This document shows positions 1 to 9,595 of a DNA stretch of 64,000 nt, piece by piece (position 1 is the stretch's first letter; every line of letters starts with the position of its first letter). Made by a program: the position numbers and the translations under genes. Below the pieces are notes generated by a model. That model was not told the origin of the DNA and did no database searches. It saw only the letters and a list, made by a program, of their open reading frames with translations. Origin of the DNA: Acutalibacteraceae bacterium (lineage in GTDB: Bacteria > Bacillota > Clostridia > Oscillospirales > Acutalibacteraceae); contig JAZNCO010000099.1 of NCBI GenBank assembly GCA_045587645.1, positions 63,398-127,397 of the forward strand. Direction: 5' to 3'.

Positions 1-1454
1 TTGCAGATGCAGGTTATCAGTATGTCAACATCGATGACTGCTGGCAGTCTTCCATGCGAGATGAGCAAGGCAGAATGCAAAGCGATTTTACAACTTTCCC
101 GTCCGGCATTCCTGCACTTTGCAAAAAAGTCAATGATTTAGGATTGAAGCTCGGTATCTATTCCTCAAACGGTTCTCTGACCTGTGAAGATCTTCCTGCA
201 AGCCTCGGCAACGAGCGTATAGATGCAGAAACCTTTGCACGATGGGGTGTCGAGTATTTCAAATATGATTTCTGTCACAATACACCTGTTTCTCAGCTTG
301 CTCCCGAAATTGAAAATATCCGGATTGAAATTCCAGGTGAGGTTGCCGAAAAGATATACACAGCCGATATGGCTATGCTCACCGGCAATGCAAAACTGCA
401 TGATGATGAAAACCTGCCGACAGGCAAATATGTCGGCGGTCTGTGTTCCGGCAACGGAAAAATGATATTTACCAATGTGGAAGCAGAAAAAGATGGTGAA
501 TATGCACTCACCATCAGCATCCGCAAAGCATTGTTCGTAAAAAAATATGCAGAAGTGGTTGTCAATGAAACAGATGTGTATCCTGTTCATGCCGGTGCAA
601 CACTTGCTCCGTCCGCAGAAGGCAGATTGCAGACCCGCATTCAGCTGAAGGAAGGCAAAAACACCATCATGATTCATAATCCCATCGGCTCACGAATGGA
701 CAGTGCCGCAAAGCAGTACACCAATATGGGTAAAGAACTCAAAAGAGCAACAAAACTTGTGGCAGAAGAAACAGGCAATCCTGAAAAGCCCATCACCTAT
801 TCCATTTGTGAATGGGGCAGCAATATGCCGTGGAAATGGGGCGCAGCAGCAGGCAATCTGTGGAGAACAACCATGGATATCAAACCGACATGGCTCTCCA
901 TTCTGTCCATTTATGAGTTCAATGTCAGACTGTGGAAATATGCCACCATCGGCGGATGGAATGACCCTGACATGCTCGAAGTCGGCAACGGCAATCTGAC
1001 CGATGATGAAAACAGAGCACATTTCTCACTGTGGTGTATGATGGCAGCGCCCCTGATTCTCGGCAATGATCTGCGCACTTTCCTTAAAGAAGACGGCACT
1101 GCAGATACCGAAAACAAAACCTTGAAGATTGTTACCAATAAAGATGCCATTGCAATTGATCAGGACAAGCGCGGTCTGCAATGTCGCCGCATTCAGTTTG
1201 GTACGGTTGATATTCTCGCCAAACCGCTTGAAAACAAAGAACTGGCACTTTGTGTATTCAACAAAACAAGCAAGGAAATTGAACAGGATATTGACATTGA
1301 AGATATTATTGAACTCGGCTGGATCGATCTTCCCGAAGCATTGCAGTATGAAGTATATGATATCTGGAACGACAAAACAATTGTCACAAAAGAAGACTTT
1401 GAAACGACTGTACCGGGGCATGGTGTCAGCCTGTTCAGAATCAAAGCACTGTGA
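1..1454 (+). CDS. GH27 alpha-galactosidase / alpha-N-acetylgalactosaminidase family enzyme, 5' end outside the window
   Basis: The frame reads ADAGYQYVNIDDCW from nt 3, with no start codon in the window. KYDFC, YSICEWG and GWNDPDMLEVGNG motifs are typical of GH27. Stop codon at 1452-1454. Confidence 0.85.
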   Translation, partial: ADAGYQYVNIDDCWQSSMRDEQGRMQSDFTTFPSGIPALCKKVNDLGLKLGIYSSNGSLTCEDLPASLGNERIDAETFARWGVEYFKYDFCHNTPVSQLAPEIENIRIEIPGEVAEKIYTADMAMLTGNAKLHDDENLPTGKYVGGLCSGNGKMIFTNVEAEKDGEYALTISIRKALFVKKYAEVVVNETDVYPVHAGATLAPSAEGRLQTRIQLKEGKNTIMIHNPIGSRMDSAAKQYTNMGKELKRATKLVAEETGNPEKPITYSICEWGSNMPWKWGAAAGNLWRTTMDIKPTWLSILSIYEFNVRLWKYATIGGWNDPDMLEVGNGNLTDDENRAHFSLWCMMAAPLILGNDLRTFLKEDGTADTENKTLKIVTNKDAIAIDQDKRGLQCRRIQFGTVDILAKPLENKELALCVFNKTSKEIEQDIDIEDIIELGWIDLPEALQYEVYDIWNDKTIVTKEDFETTVPGHGVSLFRIKAL

Positions 1455-1464
1455 GGTGAAAACA

Positions 1465-3705
1465 ATGCATCTTTTACATCTTGAAAACATTGCAGAAAAA
1501 TGGGATAACGGCACACCGATCGGCAACGGTCATATGGGGTGCATGCTCTATGGTGATCCGAACTGTGAAAAACTGTATCTCTGCGAAGAAAGTATCTGGT
1601 CACAAAAGGATGAAAACGGTCTGAATCCGGCCTTTGCAGAAAAAATGGATCATATTAAAAAGTTATATTTGGAGTCCTCCCCCGTTGAAGCAGAAAAATG
1701 GGCAATTGAAAATCTGAAGGATGATTTTCACACCATTGCCTCTTATGAATATGCAGGCTTGATCACTCTGCAGTTTGCTGCAAAAAGTAAAGTCACATCA
1801 TACAACAGAGATCTGCATCTTGACACAGCAGTTGCTGAAGTAAGCTACAAACGCAACGGGAAGGCATTCAGGCATGAAGCATTTTCTTCCAATCCCGACA
1901 AAATCATGGCCTATCGCATTGAATCAGAAAGTAAGCATGGATTCACCCTGCAATACAAGCGAGAGTATATCCGCAATATTACAACAGACAACAATGCTTT
2001 ATTTGCGGTTTGCGATACTGCAATCGGTAATCATCCGTTCTGTGTCGGTATAAAAATACAGACCAACGGAATCGCTGAAAATTGCCAAAATGATATCATT
2101 GTCAAGAATGCCACCGAAACCAGCATTTGGATCAGCATTGTAACAAGCTTCCGCTGTGATAATTTTGAAGAAGAGTGCAAAAACAGACTTACAGCCGCAA
2201 GCAAAGGCTATGAAGCGATCAAAGCAGAGCACATTGCCGATTATCAAAAAATCTATAACAAGAGCGAAATCAGTTTTTCTGATTCTTCCGACAGACAAAA
2301 GTTGCCTGTCAATAAAAGATTGAATTATCTGAAATTGCATCCGCTGAAAAACGATCATGCTCTTGCAGCAACCTATTTCAATTTCGGTAAATATCTTCTG
2401 ATTTCTTCCAGTCGAGAAGGCAGTCTGCCTGCAAATCTGCAGGGCATCTGGGTCGAAAAAATGCAGAATCCGTGGAATGCGGATTTCCACACAAACATCA
2501 ATCTGCAGATGAATTACTGGCCCGTTGAAGCGGCCAACATTCAGGAATGCGCTGAACCGCTGTTCTCTTACATGAATAATGTGCTGCTCCCTTACGGACA
2601 GAAAACTGCCGAAGTCAACTACAAGGCAAGAGGTCTTGTGGTTCATCATCTGAGTGATCCTTACGGATTTACCGCCGCTGCTGACGGTATTTGGGGGCTG
2701 TGGCCGCTTGGTGGTGCCTGGCTTGCTTTTCATATGTGGGAGCATTACCTTTATACAAAGGATGTTACTTTCCTCAAAGAAACCGCCTATGAGTATATTA
2801 AAAATGCTGCTTTGTTCTTCATCGACACCATGTTTGAAGATAAGCAAGGCAGGCTCTTATCCGGTCCGTCCACATCACCCGAAAACAATTTCTATGTCGG
2901 CAAAGAAAGCTGCAACATGTGCATGTCACCGACAATGGATATAGAAATCATCGGCGGACTTCTTCGTTTTTATATTGAAACAGAAAATATTCTGCACATA
3001 GATGCGCAAACAGCAAATACAGCGAAAGAAAAGCTTGCCAAAATGCCGCCTTTGCAGATCGGCAAGCACGGCCAGCTAATGGAATGGCTTGAAGATTATG
3101 ACGAACCCGAACCGGGGCATCGCCATATTTCGCATGCATTTGCATTGTATCCGGATCATGCAATCAACAGAAACACCCCCGAATTTTACAAAGCAATCCG
3201 CAAAACCATCGATCGCAGACTTTCACACGGCGGCGGTCATACGGGTTGGAGCAGAGCATGGCTGCTTTGCCTGTTTGCAAGACTGCATGATGCAAAGGCT
3301 TTTGAAAAGAATCTGCGCCTGCTGTTCACAAAATCAACACTCGGAAATTTGCTTGACACCCATCCCCCGTTCCAGATCGACGGTAACTTCGGTGCCACGG
3401 CCGGAATTTGCGAAGCACTTGTGCAGGGACATGAAGACAGAATCTGTCTGCTTCCTGCTGTGAGTGAAAAAAGAAGCGGTTATTTCAAAGGTCTGCTTGT
3501 GCATGGCGGGTATGAGGTTGATTGTGTTTTTGAAAATGCAAAAGTGATTTCCTGCACAATTAAATCCGCCTTTGACGGAACAATCCGTCTTGAACTGCCC
3601 GCCACACAAAACGGTGTAACAATAAACGGAAAAACCGCCGATGCAGACGGAATTTTCACATTCCCCTGCAACAGCGGCAATACATATCATTTTGAAATTC
3701 AGTAA
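1465..3705 (+). CDS. GH95 alpha-L-fucosidase
   Basis: The ATG at 1465 lies 10 nt after the GH27 stop and is preceded by GAGGTGA. The N-terminus MHLLHLENIAEKWDNGTPIGNGHMGCMLYGD matches the GH95 N-terminal domain. The protein is about 746 aa. The longer ORF from 1129 would overlap the upstream gene. Confidence 0.8.
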   Translation: MHLLHLENIAEKWDNGTPIGNGHMGCMLYGDPNCEKLYLCEESIWSQKDENGLNPAFAEKMDHIKKLYLESSPVEAEKWAIENLKDDFHTIASYEYAGLITLQFAAKSKVTSYNRDLHLDTAVAEVSYKRNGKAFRHEAFSSNPDKIMAYRIESESKHGFTLQYKREYIRNITTDNNALFAVCDTAIGNHPFCVGIKIQTNGIAENCQNDIIVKNATETSIWISIVTSFRCDNFEEECKNRLTAASKGYEAIKAEHIADYQKIYNKSEISFSDSSDRQKLPVNKRLNYLKLHPLKNDHALAATYFNFGKYLLISSSREGSLPANLQGIWVEKMQNPWNADFHTNINLQMNYWPVEAANIQECAEPLFSYMNNVLLPYGQKTAEVNYKARGLVVHHLSDPYGFTAAADGIWGLWPLGGAWLAFHMWEHYLYTKDVTFLKETAYEYIKNAALFFIDTMFEDKQGRLLSGPSTSPENNFYVGKESCNMCMSPTMDIEIIGGLLRFYIETENILHIDAQTANTAKEKLAKMPPLQIGKHGQLMEWLEDYDEPEPGHRHISHAFALYPDHAINRNTPEFYKAIRKTIDRRLSHGGGHTGWSRAWLLCLFARLHDAKAFEKNLRLLFTKSTLGNLLDTHPPFQIDGNFGATAGICEALVQGHEDRICLLPAVSEKRSGYFKGLLVHGGYEVDCVFENAKVISCTIKSAFDGTIRLELPATQNGVTINGKTADADGIFTFPCNSGNTYHFEIQ

Positions 3706-4682
3706 AGACTGATTTCTGCAATTTTCAGATACCGACAGTCCATTGTTTCGTAAAGAACAAAGGCGCTGTCGGTTATTTTATTGTAACACACATCTGCATA
3801 CCCGCCCGAACAAGCAAGTAACAAAGAATCCCATGTTTCGCCATCATCGTTTGATTTATATAATGTAAGATTCTCACGGGCATTTTGCGAATTGCAGTTT
3901 ACAAATAACAAACCGTCAGAACAGTTACACATACCGCCGAAGCAGACGGGATCGGGCAAATTTCGATCAAGCACCGGAGTGTCCCATGCAGAAAATCCGT
4001 CTTTGCTTTTGCTTACAGCACGGCAATGCTCCGCATTTTCATTGCGGATATTCATCAACACACTACCGTCCTGCAATTCACAAAGTGTTGCTTCACTCGG
4101 ATCAACAAGATATTCATCAAACACATTGACAAGCATCCAAGTTTTTCCTTGGTCTTTACTGCAGATGATACCACACTTTGACGGATGATGAGAGAACATA
4201 TCTTTCTGATTGAATGCCATCCATACGCTTGCTAATAAATTACCGTTTGAATGTACAAGTCCGTGTCCCGGACCGGCCGCAATACAGCTCCAGTATTGTG
4301 AATCAAAAATATCGGTTATCTCAAGCGGTTCTGACCATGTGATCCCATAGTCTTCACTTAGAATATGAAACATTCTTTTATAATTTTCACAATACAGCAA
4401 GTGCAAGGTGTTGCCATCGGCAAGCAGTGTCGGATTATTGACAGCATTTCTTCCCTTTCCGCTGACGGGAATTCTGCGTTGTGACCAGTTTTTTCCGCCG
4501 TCTGTACTGACTCTCAGACCAATATCAATAACTGACCAGTCGGAATTCTGTCTGCATTCATAACATACGACCATTGTGCCGTTCTCAAATGCTGCGATTC
4601 CGGGGATGCGGTAAACCGGATAATCCGATGCGGCATTATTAAATGACGATGATTCAAGAATATTGCAATTCAATATATGCAT
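3699..4682 (-). CDS. GH33 exo-alpha-sialidase (BNR/Asp-box), no signal peptide
   Basis: YRIPGI (RIP motif) lies near the N-terminus. Asp-box repeats are STDGGKNW, SKDQGKTW and SNDDGETW. Confidence 0.85.
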   Translation of the reverse strand: MHILNCNILESSSFNNAASDYPVYRIPGIAAFENGTMVVCYECRQNSDWSVIDIGLRVSTDGGKNWSQRRIPVSGKGRNAVNNPTLLADGNTLHLLYCENYKRMFHILSEDYGITWSEPLEITDIFDSQYWSCIAAGPGHGLVHSNGNLLASVWMAFNQKDMFSHHPSKCGIICSKDQGKTWMLVNVFDEYLVDPSEATLCELQDGSVLMNIRNENAEHCRAVSKSKDGFSAWDTPVLDRNLPDPVCFGGMCNCSDGLLFVNCNSQNARENLTLYKSNDDGETWDSLLLACSGGYADVCYNKITDSAFVLYETMDCRYLKIAEISLY

Positions 4683-4733
4683 AATCTTACCTCAAAAAAT
4701 GAGCTGCCGAAAACCGACAGCTCACATTTTTAA

Positions 4734-6845
4734 TTATTCAGCAGTTACTTCTTCTGCAGCAGCAGCTTCAGCAGCTTCGTTTTCCTTAGCCTTGGCGATC
4801 ATTTCGTCAATGGACATGGTAACAGGAGCATCGTCAACTTCTTCTTCAACAACTTCTTCAACTTCCTTGACAGGAGCTTCAAGAAGAGCCTTGATGGAAA
4901 GGCTGATGTGCTTCTTTTCAAAGTCAACCTTGAGAAGCTGCACTCTGACAGTTTCGCCGATGGAAAGAACATCCTGCGGCTTAGCAATGCGTTCATAGGA
5001 GATTTCGGAAATGTGGATAAGACCTTCCATACCGGGGAAGATTTCAGCAAAAGCGCCGAAAGTGGTAAGGGACACGATCTTTACATCGAAATCGCTGCCG
5101 ACGGGATAATCTCTCTTGAGGATTTCCCACGGATTGTCTTCAGTTCTCTTGTAGCCGAGAGAGATCTTTTTCTTTTCAGTGTCAAGACCCTTGATGTAAA
5201 CATCAACAATGTCACCGACATTGACGATTTCAGAGGGATGCTTGATGCGTTTCCAGGAAAGTTCGCTTCTGTGGATCATGCCGACAACATTGCCGCCGAG
5301 ATCTACGAATGCACCGAAATCGGTAAGAGAAACAACGGTACCGGTGAAGCGATCTTCAACAGCAGCGGTTTCCCAGAACTTAGCCTGTGCAGCCTTATTC
5401 TGTTCTCTTGCAGCGTCACGGATGGAACCGACAGCGCCTCTTCTTCTATCAAATTCAATAACCTTGAAAGTAACAGTCTTGTCGAGCATTTCTTCAAGAC
5501 GGCCGTTTCTCGGAACGGTGGACAGAGATGCGGGGATGAAAACGCGGAAGCCGTTGGAGAAAACGATGAGACCCTTGCTGATAACTTCAACAACAGTGCC
5601 TTCAAGGATTGCTCCGTCCTTAGCAGCCTGTTCAATTTCCGCTCTGCGCTTCTTTTCGTCAAGGCGCTTCTTGGAAAGAAGAATTGTGCCTTCAACGTCA
5701 TTGGTCTTCATGATGAAGAGTTCAATTTCATCGCCAACCTTGAGTTCCTTCATGGGATCTGCAGAGGGATCTGCGCTGTACTCGTCGAGAGGGATAATGC
5801 CGGTCTGTTTACGACCGATGTCAACCTGAATTTCATTGGGAGCGATGTGCATTACGATACCCATGACAGTCTGGCTGTAGTTCAGGTTTTTGTAGGATTC
5901 TTCAAGACCCTGCTCGAAGGACCAGTCTTCTGTTGCCTCAGCAGCCACGTTGAGAGCATGTCCTTCGCTCTCGACTGCCGGTACGGCGTTTTCATTGATG
6001 ATGTCGGACATAGTTTTTTGTACCTCCTTTATTATACAAACAGGCGTTGATGCGCCTGCAGTAAGCCCAATGGACTTCATGCCTGAAAAATCAATTTCAT
6101 GTAATTCTTCGGCACTTTCAACCTGATATGTTTTGCATATCTTACTGCACAGCTGTGTCAGCTTTGCGGTGTTGGAAGAATTCTTGCCACCAACTACGAT
6201 CATGCAATCACTTTCTGCAGCAAGAGCAATTGCTTCTTCCTGTCGTTTTGAAGTAGCGGAACATATTGTATCAAATATTTTCGGATTTGTACATAGTAAT
6301 TTTTGATTTTTTAAACTTTTTTTTAGTTCAATTGAGTTAAAAGTCGTTTGAGACACGACAATCGGTGCTTTTTCGCTATTCGTGTCTAATTTGTCAATTA
6401 AAACAGAAAGAGCTTCATTATTCTCAAAGACATAAGAATCGGCATTACAGCAGCTGCGGATACCGACAACCTCCGGATGATTTGCGTCACCTGCAATCAA
6501 TACAGGACTTCCGTCAAGAGATTGTTCATGCACAATTTTGCGGATTTTTTCAACAAATGGACAGGTTGCATCGTAATAGCGGATGTTTGTTTTGTTCAGC
6601 TGTTCAATTATGTTTCGCTCAACACCATGCGTACGCAAAACAAGAGTATATCCGTCCGGTACTTCGTCTATACTCTTGACAACCTTTGCACCGCGTTCTG
6701 CAAGCTGAGCAATGAACAACGGATTATGAATCAACGGTCCGAGTGTGCATACCGGAATTCCCTGCTCAAGAAATTCTTCGACCGTCTGCACGGCTCTTGC
6801 AACACCGAAGCAAAAGCCTGCTGTCTGTGCAAGCTTCACACTCAT
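4734..6845 (-). CDS. ispH: Bifunctional 4-hydroxy-3-methylbut-2-enyl diphosphate reductase (IspH/LytB) fused to ribosomal protein S1 repeats
   Basis: The N-terminus AGFCFGVARAV...THGV is IspH-like. The C-terminal half has four S1-type OB repeats (G.V......GAFVDLG...G..H.SE). A 4-nt overlap with the cmk stop indicates an operon. Confidence 0.9.
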   Translation of the reverse strand: MSVKLAQTAGFCFGVARAVQTVEEFLEQGIPVCTLGPLIHNPLFIAQLAERGAKVVKSIDEVPDGYTLVLRTHGVERNIIEQLNKTNIRYYDATCPFVEKIRKIVHEQSLDGSPVLIAGDANHPEVVGIRSCCNADSYVFENNEALSVLIDKLDTNSEKAPIVVSQTTFNSIELKKSLKNQKLLCTNPKIFDTICSATSKRQEEAIALAAESDCMIVVGGKNSSNTAKLTQLCSKICKTYQVESAEELHEIDFSGMKSIGLTAGASTPVCIIKEVQKTMSDIINENAVPAVESEGHALNVAAEATEDWSFEQGLEESYKNLNYSQTVMGIVMHIAPNEIQVDIGRKQTGIIPLDEYSADPSADPMKELKVGDEIELFIMKTNDVEGTILLSKKRLDEKKRRAEIEQAAKDGAILEGTVVEVISKGLIVFSNGFRVFIPASLSTVPRNGRLEEMLDKTVTFKVIEFDRRRGAVGSIRDAAREQNKAAQAKFWETAAVEDRFTGTVVSLTDFGAFVDLGGNVVGMIHRSELSWKRIKHPSEIVNVGDIVDVYIKGLDTEKKKISLGYKRTEDNPWEILKRDYPVGSDFDVKIVSLTTFGAFAEIFPGMEGLIHISEISYERIAKPQDVLSIGETVRVQLLKVDFEKKHISLSIKALLEAPVKEVEEVVEEEVDDAPVTMSIDEMIAKAKENEAAEAAAAEEVTAE

Positions 6846-7507
6846 TTCACAGCCTCCGCCATTTTTACGATCATATCTGTGATTTCATCGATCGACAACC
6901 CGGTTGAATCAATTTCAACAGCATCAACAGCCTTTTTCAGAGGTGCTGCTGCACGGTGAGAATCATTATAATCACGCTGTACGATTTCTGCAAGCAATGT
7001 ATCATAATCAACGGGAGTTCCCTTTTGCTCAAGCTCAAGATATCGTCTTCTTGTTCTTTCTTCTGCAGTTGCAGTCAGAAATACCTTAACCTGCGCATCG
7101 GGCAGAACAACTGTTCCGATATCTCTGCCGTCCATGATGCAGTTTGTGGAATTTGCAATATTCTTTTGCAGATCAAACAAATAAGCACGCACTTCAGGAA
7201 TGGCTGAAACATTGGAAGCCGCCATGGAAGCCTCCGGCAGACGTATATCATGTGACACATCTTCTTTGTTGAGAAGAATATGCTGTTCTCCGTTCAGATA
7301 TGTAAGCTCAATCTGTGCATCATACAAAACAGAAAGCACTGCTTGTACATCATTGGTCGGCAGATTGTTACGCATGACATGCACACCGATCGCACGATAC
7401 ATAGCACCCGTATCAACATACACAAAACCGAGTTTTTCAGCAACCATTCGTGCAATTGTACTTTTGCCGGCACCGGAAGGGCCGTCTATAGCAATGTTAA
7501 TCATCAT
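6842..7507 (-). CDS. cmk: Cytidylate kinase
   Basis: IAIDGPSGAGKSTIARMVAEKLGFVYVDTGAMYRA is the classic Cmk N-terminus. Length is 221 aa. Confidence 0.9.
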   Translation of the reverse strand: MMINIAIDGPSGAGKSTIARMVAEKLGFVYVDTGAMYRAIGVHVMRNNLPTNDVQAVLSVLYDAQIELTYLNGEQHILLNKEDVSHDIRLPEASMAASNVSAIPEVRAYLFDLQKNIANSTNCIMDGRDIGTVVLPDAQVKVFLTATAEERTRRRYLELEQKGTPVDYDTLLAEIVQRDYNDSHRAAAPLKKAVDAVEIDSTGLSIDEITDMIVKMAEAVK

Positions 7508-7515
7508 AATTCTCC

Positions 7516-8757
7516 TTATTCAATTGCTGCACTTGTTCCTGCAAGATTACCTGTTGCAAATGCAATCTGCAGATTGAATCCGCCTGTATAAGCATCCACA
7601 TCAAGGACTTCACCTGCAAAATACAGGCCTTTCAGCAGCTTGGATTCCATGGTTTTCGGACTGACCTGCGAAACATTGACGCCGCCTGCTGTGACAATCG
7701 CTTCCTCAATGGGTCTTTTCTTTGTTACGGTCAACGGAAGCTCTTTTATCAGTGAACCGAGTGACTGACGATCATCACGGGTGATCTGATTGACACGCAG
7801 ATCAGACGGAATACCCGACAAGCGTACAATCACGGGAATCAGACTCTTGGGCAATAATTTAGCAAGCGCATTAGCAAGTGCTTTGTTCGGCATTTCAGCA
7901 AAATCACGCAAAATGCGTGCATCAAGCTGTTCATGTGACAGTGCAGGCTTTAAATCGATCAGCAATTGATATTTATCAGGCTTTATATCTGGCAGATGTG
8001 CCGATGCACTCAAAATAATCGGTCCCGAAACGCCGAAATGTGTAAAAAGCATTTCACCGAAATCAGTATACACTTCGCTGAATTTTTCGTTATCGTAAAC
8101 AGTGATGCGGACATTTTTCAGTGCAAGCCCTTGCGCTTCCCTAACCCATTTTTCCTGTGTTTCAAGAGGGACCAGAGATGGTCTCGGATCAACAATGCTG
8201 TGACCTGCCTGTTTTGCAAGTGCATATCCGTCACCTGTTGAACCCGTCAAAGGATAAGACATACCGCCCGTTGCAACAATAACCGCATCTGCATGATATG
8301 TATTGCCGCTTTCACATTTGACACCTGCAATGCAGCCGTCCTCATGCAACAAAGCAACAACGCGTTCTTCTTGTCGTTTTACACCGTTTTGCTTACAAAA
8401 TTTATCCAATGCATCTACAACATCAACAGCCTTATCCGATTCCGGAAAAACCCGATTTCCTCTTTCAATTTTCATGGAAACACCAAGATTTTCAAAAAAG
8501 TCAATCACATCATAAGGCATCATTCTTGAAAAAGCGGAATATAAAAACCTGCCGTTGGAAGGAATGAAATCCATCAGATCATTCAAAAGAGTACAGGCAT
8601 TGGTGACATTGCAACGCCCTTTCCCTGTTATCATCAACTTTCTGCCGGGACGGCTGTTGCGATCAAGCAACAAAACCTGTGCACCGAGCGAAGCGGCTTG
8701 TCCTGCAGCCATCATGCCTGCGGCACCTGCGCCGACAACAATAATTTTTTTGCTCAT
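7516..8757 (-). CDS. NAD(P)/FAD-dependent oxidoreductase, HI0933/BaiN-like flavoprotein
   Basis: KIIVVGAGAAGMMAAG is a dinucleotide-binding motif, and the C-terminal GEVLDVDAYTGGFNLQ motif is typical of the HI0933 family. The ATG at 8757 is preceded by GGAGG. The ORF-track start at 8778 is less likely. Confidence 0.8.
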   Translation of the reverse strand: MSKKIIVVGAGAAGMMAAGQAASLGAQVLLLDRNSRPGRKLMITGKGRCNVTNACTLLNDLMDFIPSNGRFLYSAFSRMMPYDVIDFFENLGVSMKIERGNRVFPESDKAVDVVDALDKFCKQNGVKRQEERVVALLHEDGCIAGVKCESGNTYHADAVIVATGGMSYPLTGSTGDGYALAKQAGHSIVDPRPSLVPLETQEKWVREAQGLALKNVRITVYDNEKFSEVYTDFGEMLFTHFGVSGPIILSASAHLPDIKPDKYQLLIDLKPALSHEQLDARILRDFAEMPNKALANALAKLLPKSLIPVIVRLSGIPSDLRVNQITRDDRQSLGSLIKELPLTVTKKRPIEEAIVTAGGVNVSQVSPKTMESKLLKGLYFAGEVLDVDAYTGGFNLQIAFATGNLAGTSAAIE

Positions 8758-8821
8758 AATCCTCCGCCTTTCATACATTCATAAAATATTATACACATCG
8801 GCAGATGTAATTGCAAGTAAA

Positions 8822-8868
8822 ATAAAAATATAAAAAGATTGCATCGACATGCAGCCGTTTGCAATCTT
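8822..8868 (-). terminator. Rho-independent terminator after the mazF-like gene
   Basis: On the minus strand a 9-bp stem (AAGATTGCA/TGCAATCTT) is followed by TTTTTATATTTTT. Confidence 0.6.
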
Positions 8869-8886
8869 ACATAAAAATATTACAAG

Positions 8887-9231
8887 TTACTCAAGTCCGA
8901 AGCTGACAAACAACGCCCGATCAACGCGATTCATATCTGTTGTGTCAAGACATCCCATGTGTTCACGCAGGCGTCTTTTATCAATCGTACGCACCTGTTC
9001 AAGCAAAACAATTGAATCCTTTTGCAGACCGCATCCGTCTGCATTGACCTGAATATGCGTGGGAAGCTTTGTTTTATCCTTCTGACTTGTTATTGCCGCC
9101 GCAATCACGGTCGGGCTGAATTTGTTACCGACATCATTCTGCACAATCAGCACCGGGCGGATGCCGCCTTGCTCCGATCCGACAACAGGGCTGAGATCAG
9201 CATAATAGATATCTCCCCTTTTAACGGTCAT
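8887..9231 (-). CDS. ndoA: PemK/MazF (EndoA-type) mRNA interferase toxin
   Basis: MTVKRGDIYYADLSPVVGSEQGGIRPVLIVQNDVGNKFSPT...LPTH...LLEQVRTIDKRRL is closely similar to Bacillus EndoA. The start at 9231 has AAGGAG 9 nt upstream. Confidence 0.85.
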   Translation of the reverse strand: MTVKRGDIYYADLSPVVGSEQGGIRPVLIVQNDVGNKFSPTVIAAAITSQKDKTKLPTHIQVNADGCGLQKDSIVLLEQVRTIDKRRLREHMGCLDTTDMNRVDRALFVSFGLE

Positions 9232-9311
9232 GTACATATACTCCTTTTAATCTGAATCACACTTCTATTGTGCGCAGAAAACAAAGGAATTAAACATACA
9301 TAAGAAAATAA

Positions 9312-9575
9312 TCATTCTTCGTCAAAGATTTTTTCAAATGCGGTAGCAACACGATCAAACAGTTCGTCATCATCTATGGAAGAATATACTTCCTTACCGT
9401 TTGCACCCTCTGTAAACTGAAGCAGCACAACACTGTCATCATCCAGCTGCAGCAATGCCGCATACTCCCTTTGATCAATGACTGTCATTTCAAGAAATTC
9501 AAAAACAGCGCGATTGCCGTCCTGATCTGCAAGCAGAATATTGCCGTCCTTTTCACCGACTTTTATAAAATCCAT
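9312..9575 (-). CDS. DUF1292 (YrzB-like) small, highly acidic protein
   Basis: 87 aa, very rich in D/E. The pattern ..DGN...FE.L......EY..L.........V.L..F matches my recollection of DUF1292. GGAGGTG RBS upstream. Confidence 0.65.
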   Translation of the reverse strand: MDFIKVGEKDGNILLADQDGNRAVFEFLEMTVIDQREYAALLQLDDDSVVLLQFTEGANGKEVYSSIDDDELFDRVATAFEKIFDEE

Positions 9576-9595
9576 TGTGCAACACCTCCGTTATC

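Noticed and set aside
1129-1464. N-terminal 112-aa extension of the GH95 ORF given in the ORF track
   Set aside because: It would overlap the 3' end of the GH27 gene in another frame. A GH95-type N-terminus begins exactly at the ATG at 1465, which has an RBS.
4908-6050. 380-aa plus-strand ORF, plus the neighbouring 206-aa ORF at 5209-5829
   Set aside because: It is entirely antisense to the well-supported ispH-S1 gene. The translation is low-complexity, with no recognisable motifs and no RBS.
8849-9052. 67-aa plus-strand ORF, and the 80-nt gap at 9232-9311, as a possible hidden MazE antitoxin
   Set aside because: The ORF is antisense and internal to the toxin gene and has no RBS. The gap upstream of the toxin contains no ORF of useful length in any minus-strand frame.
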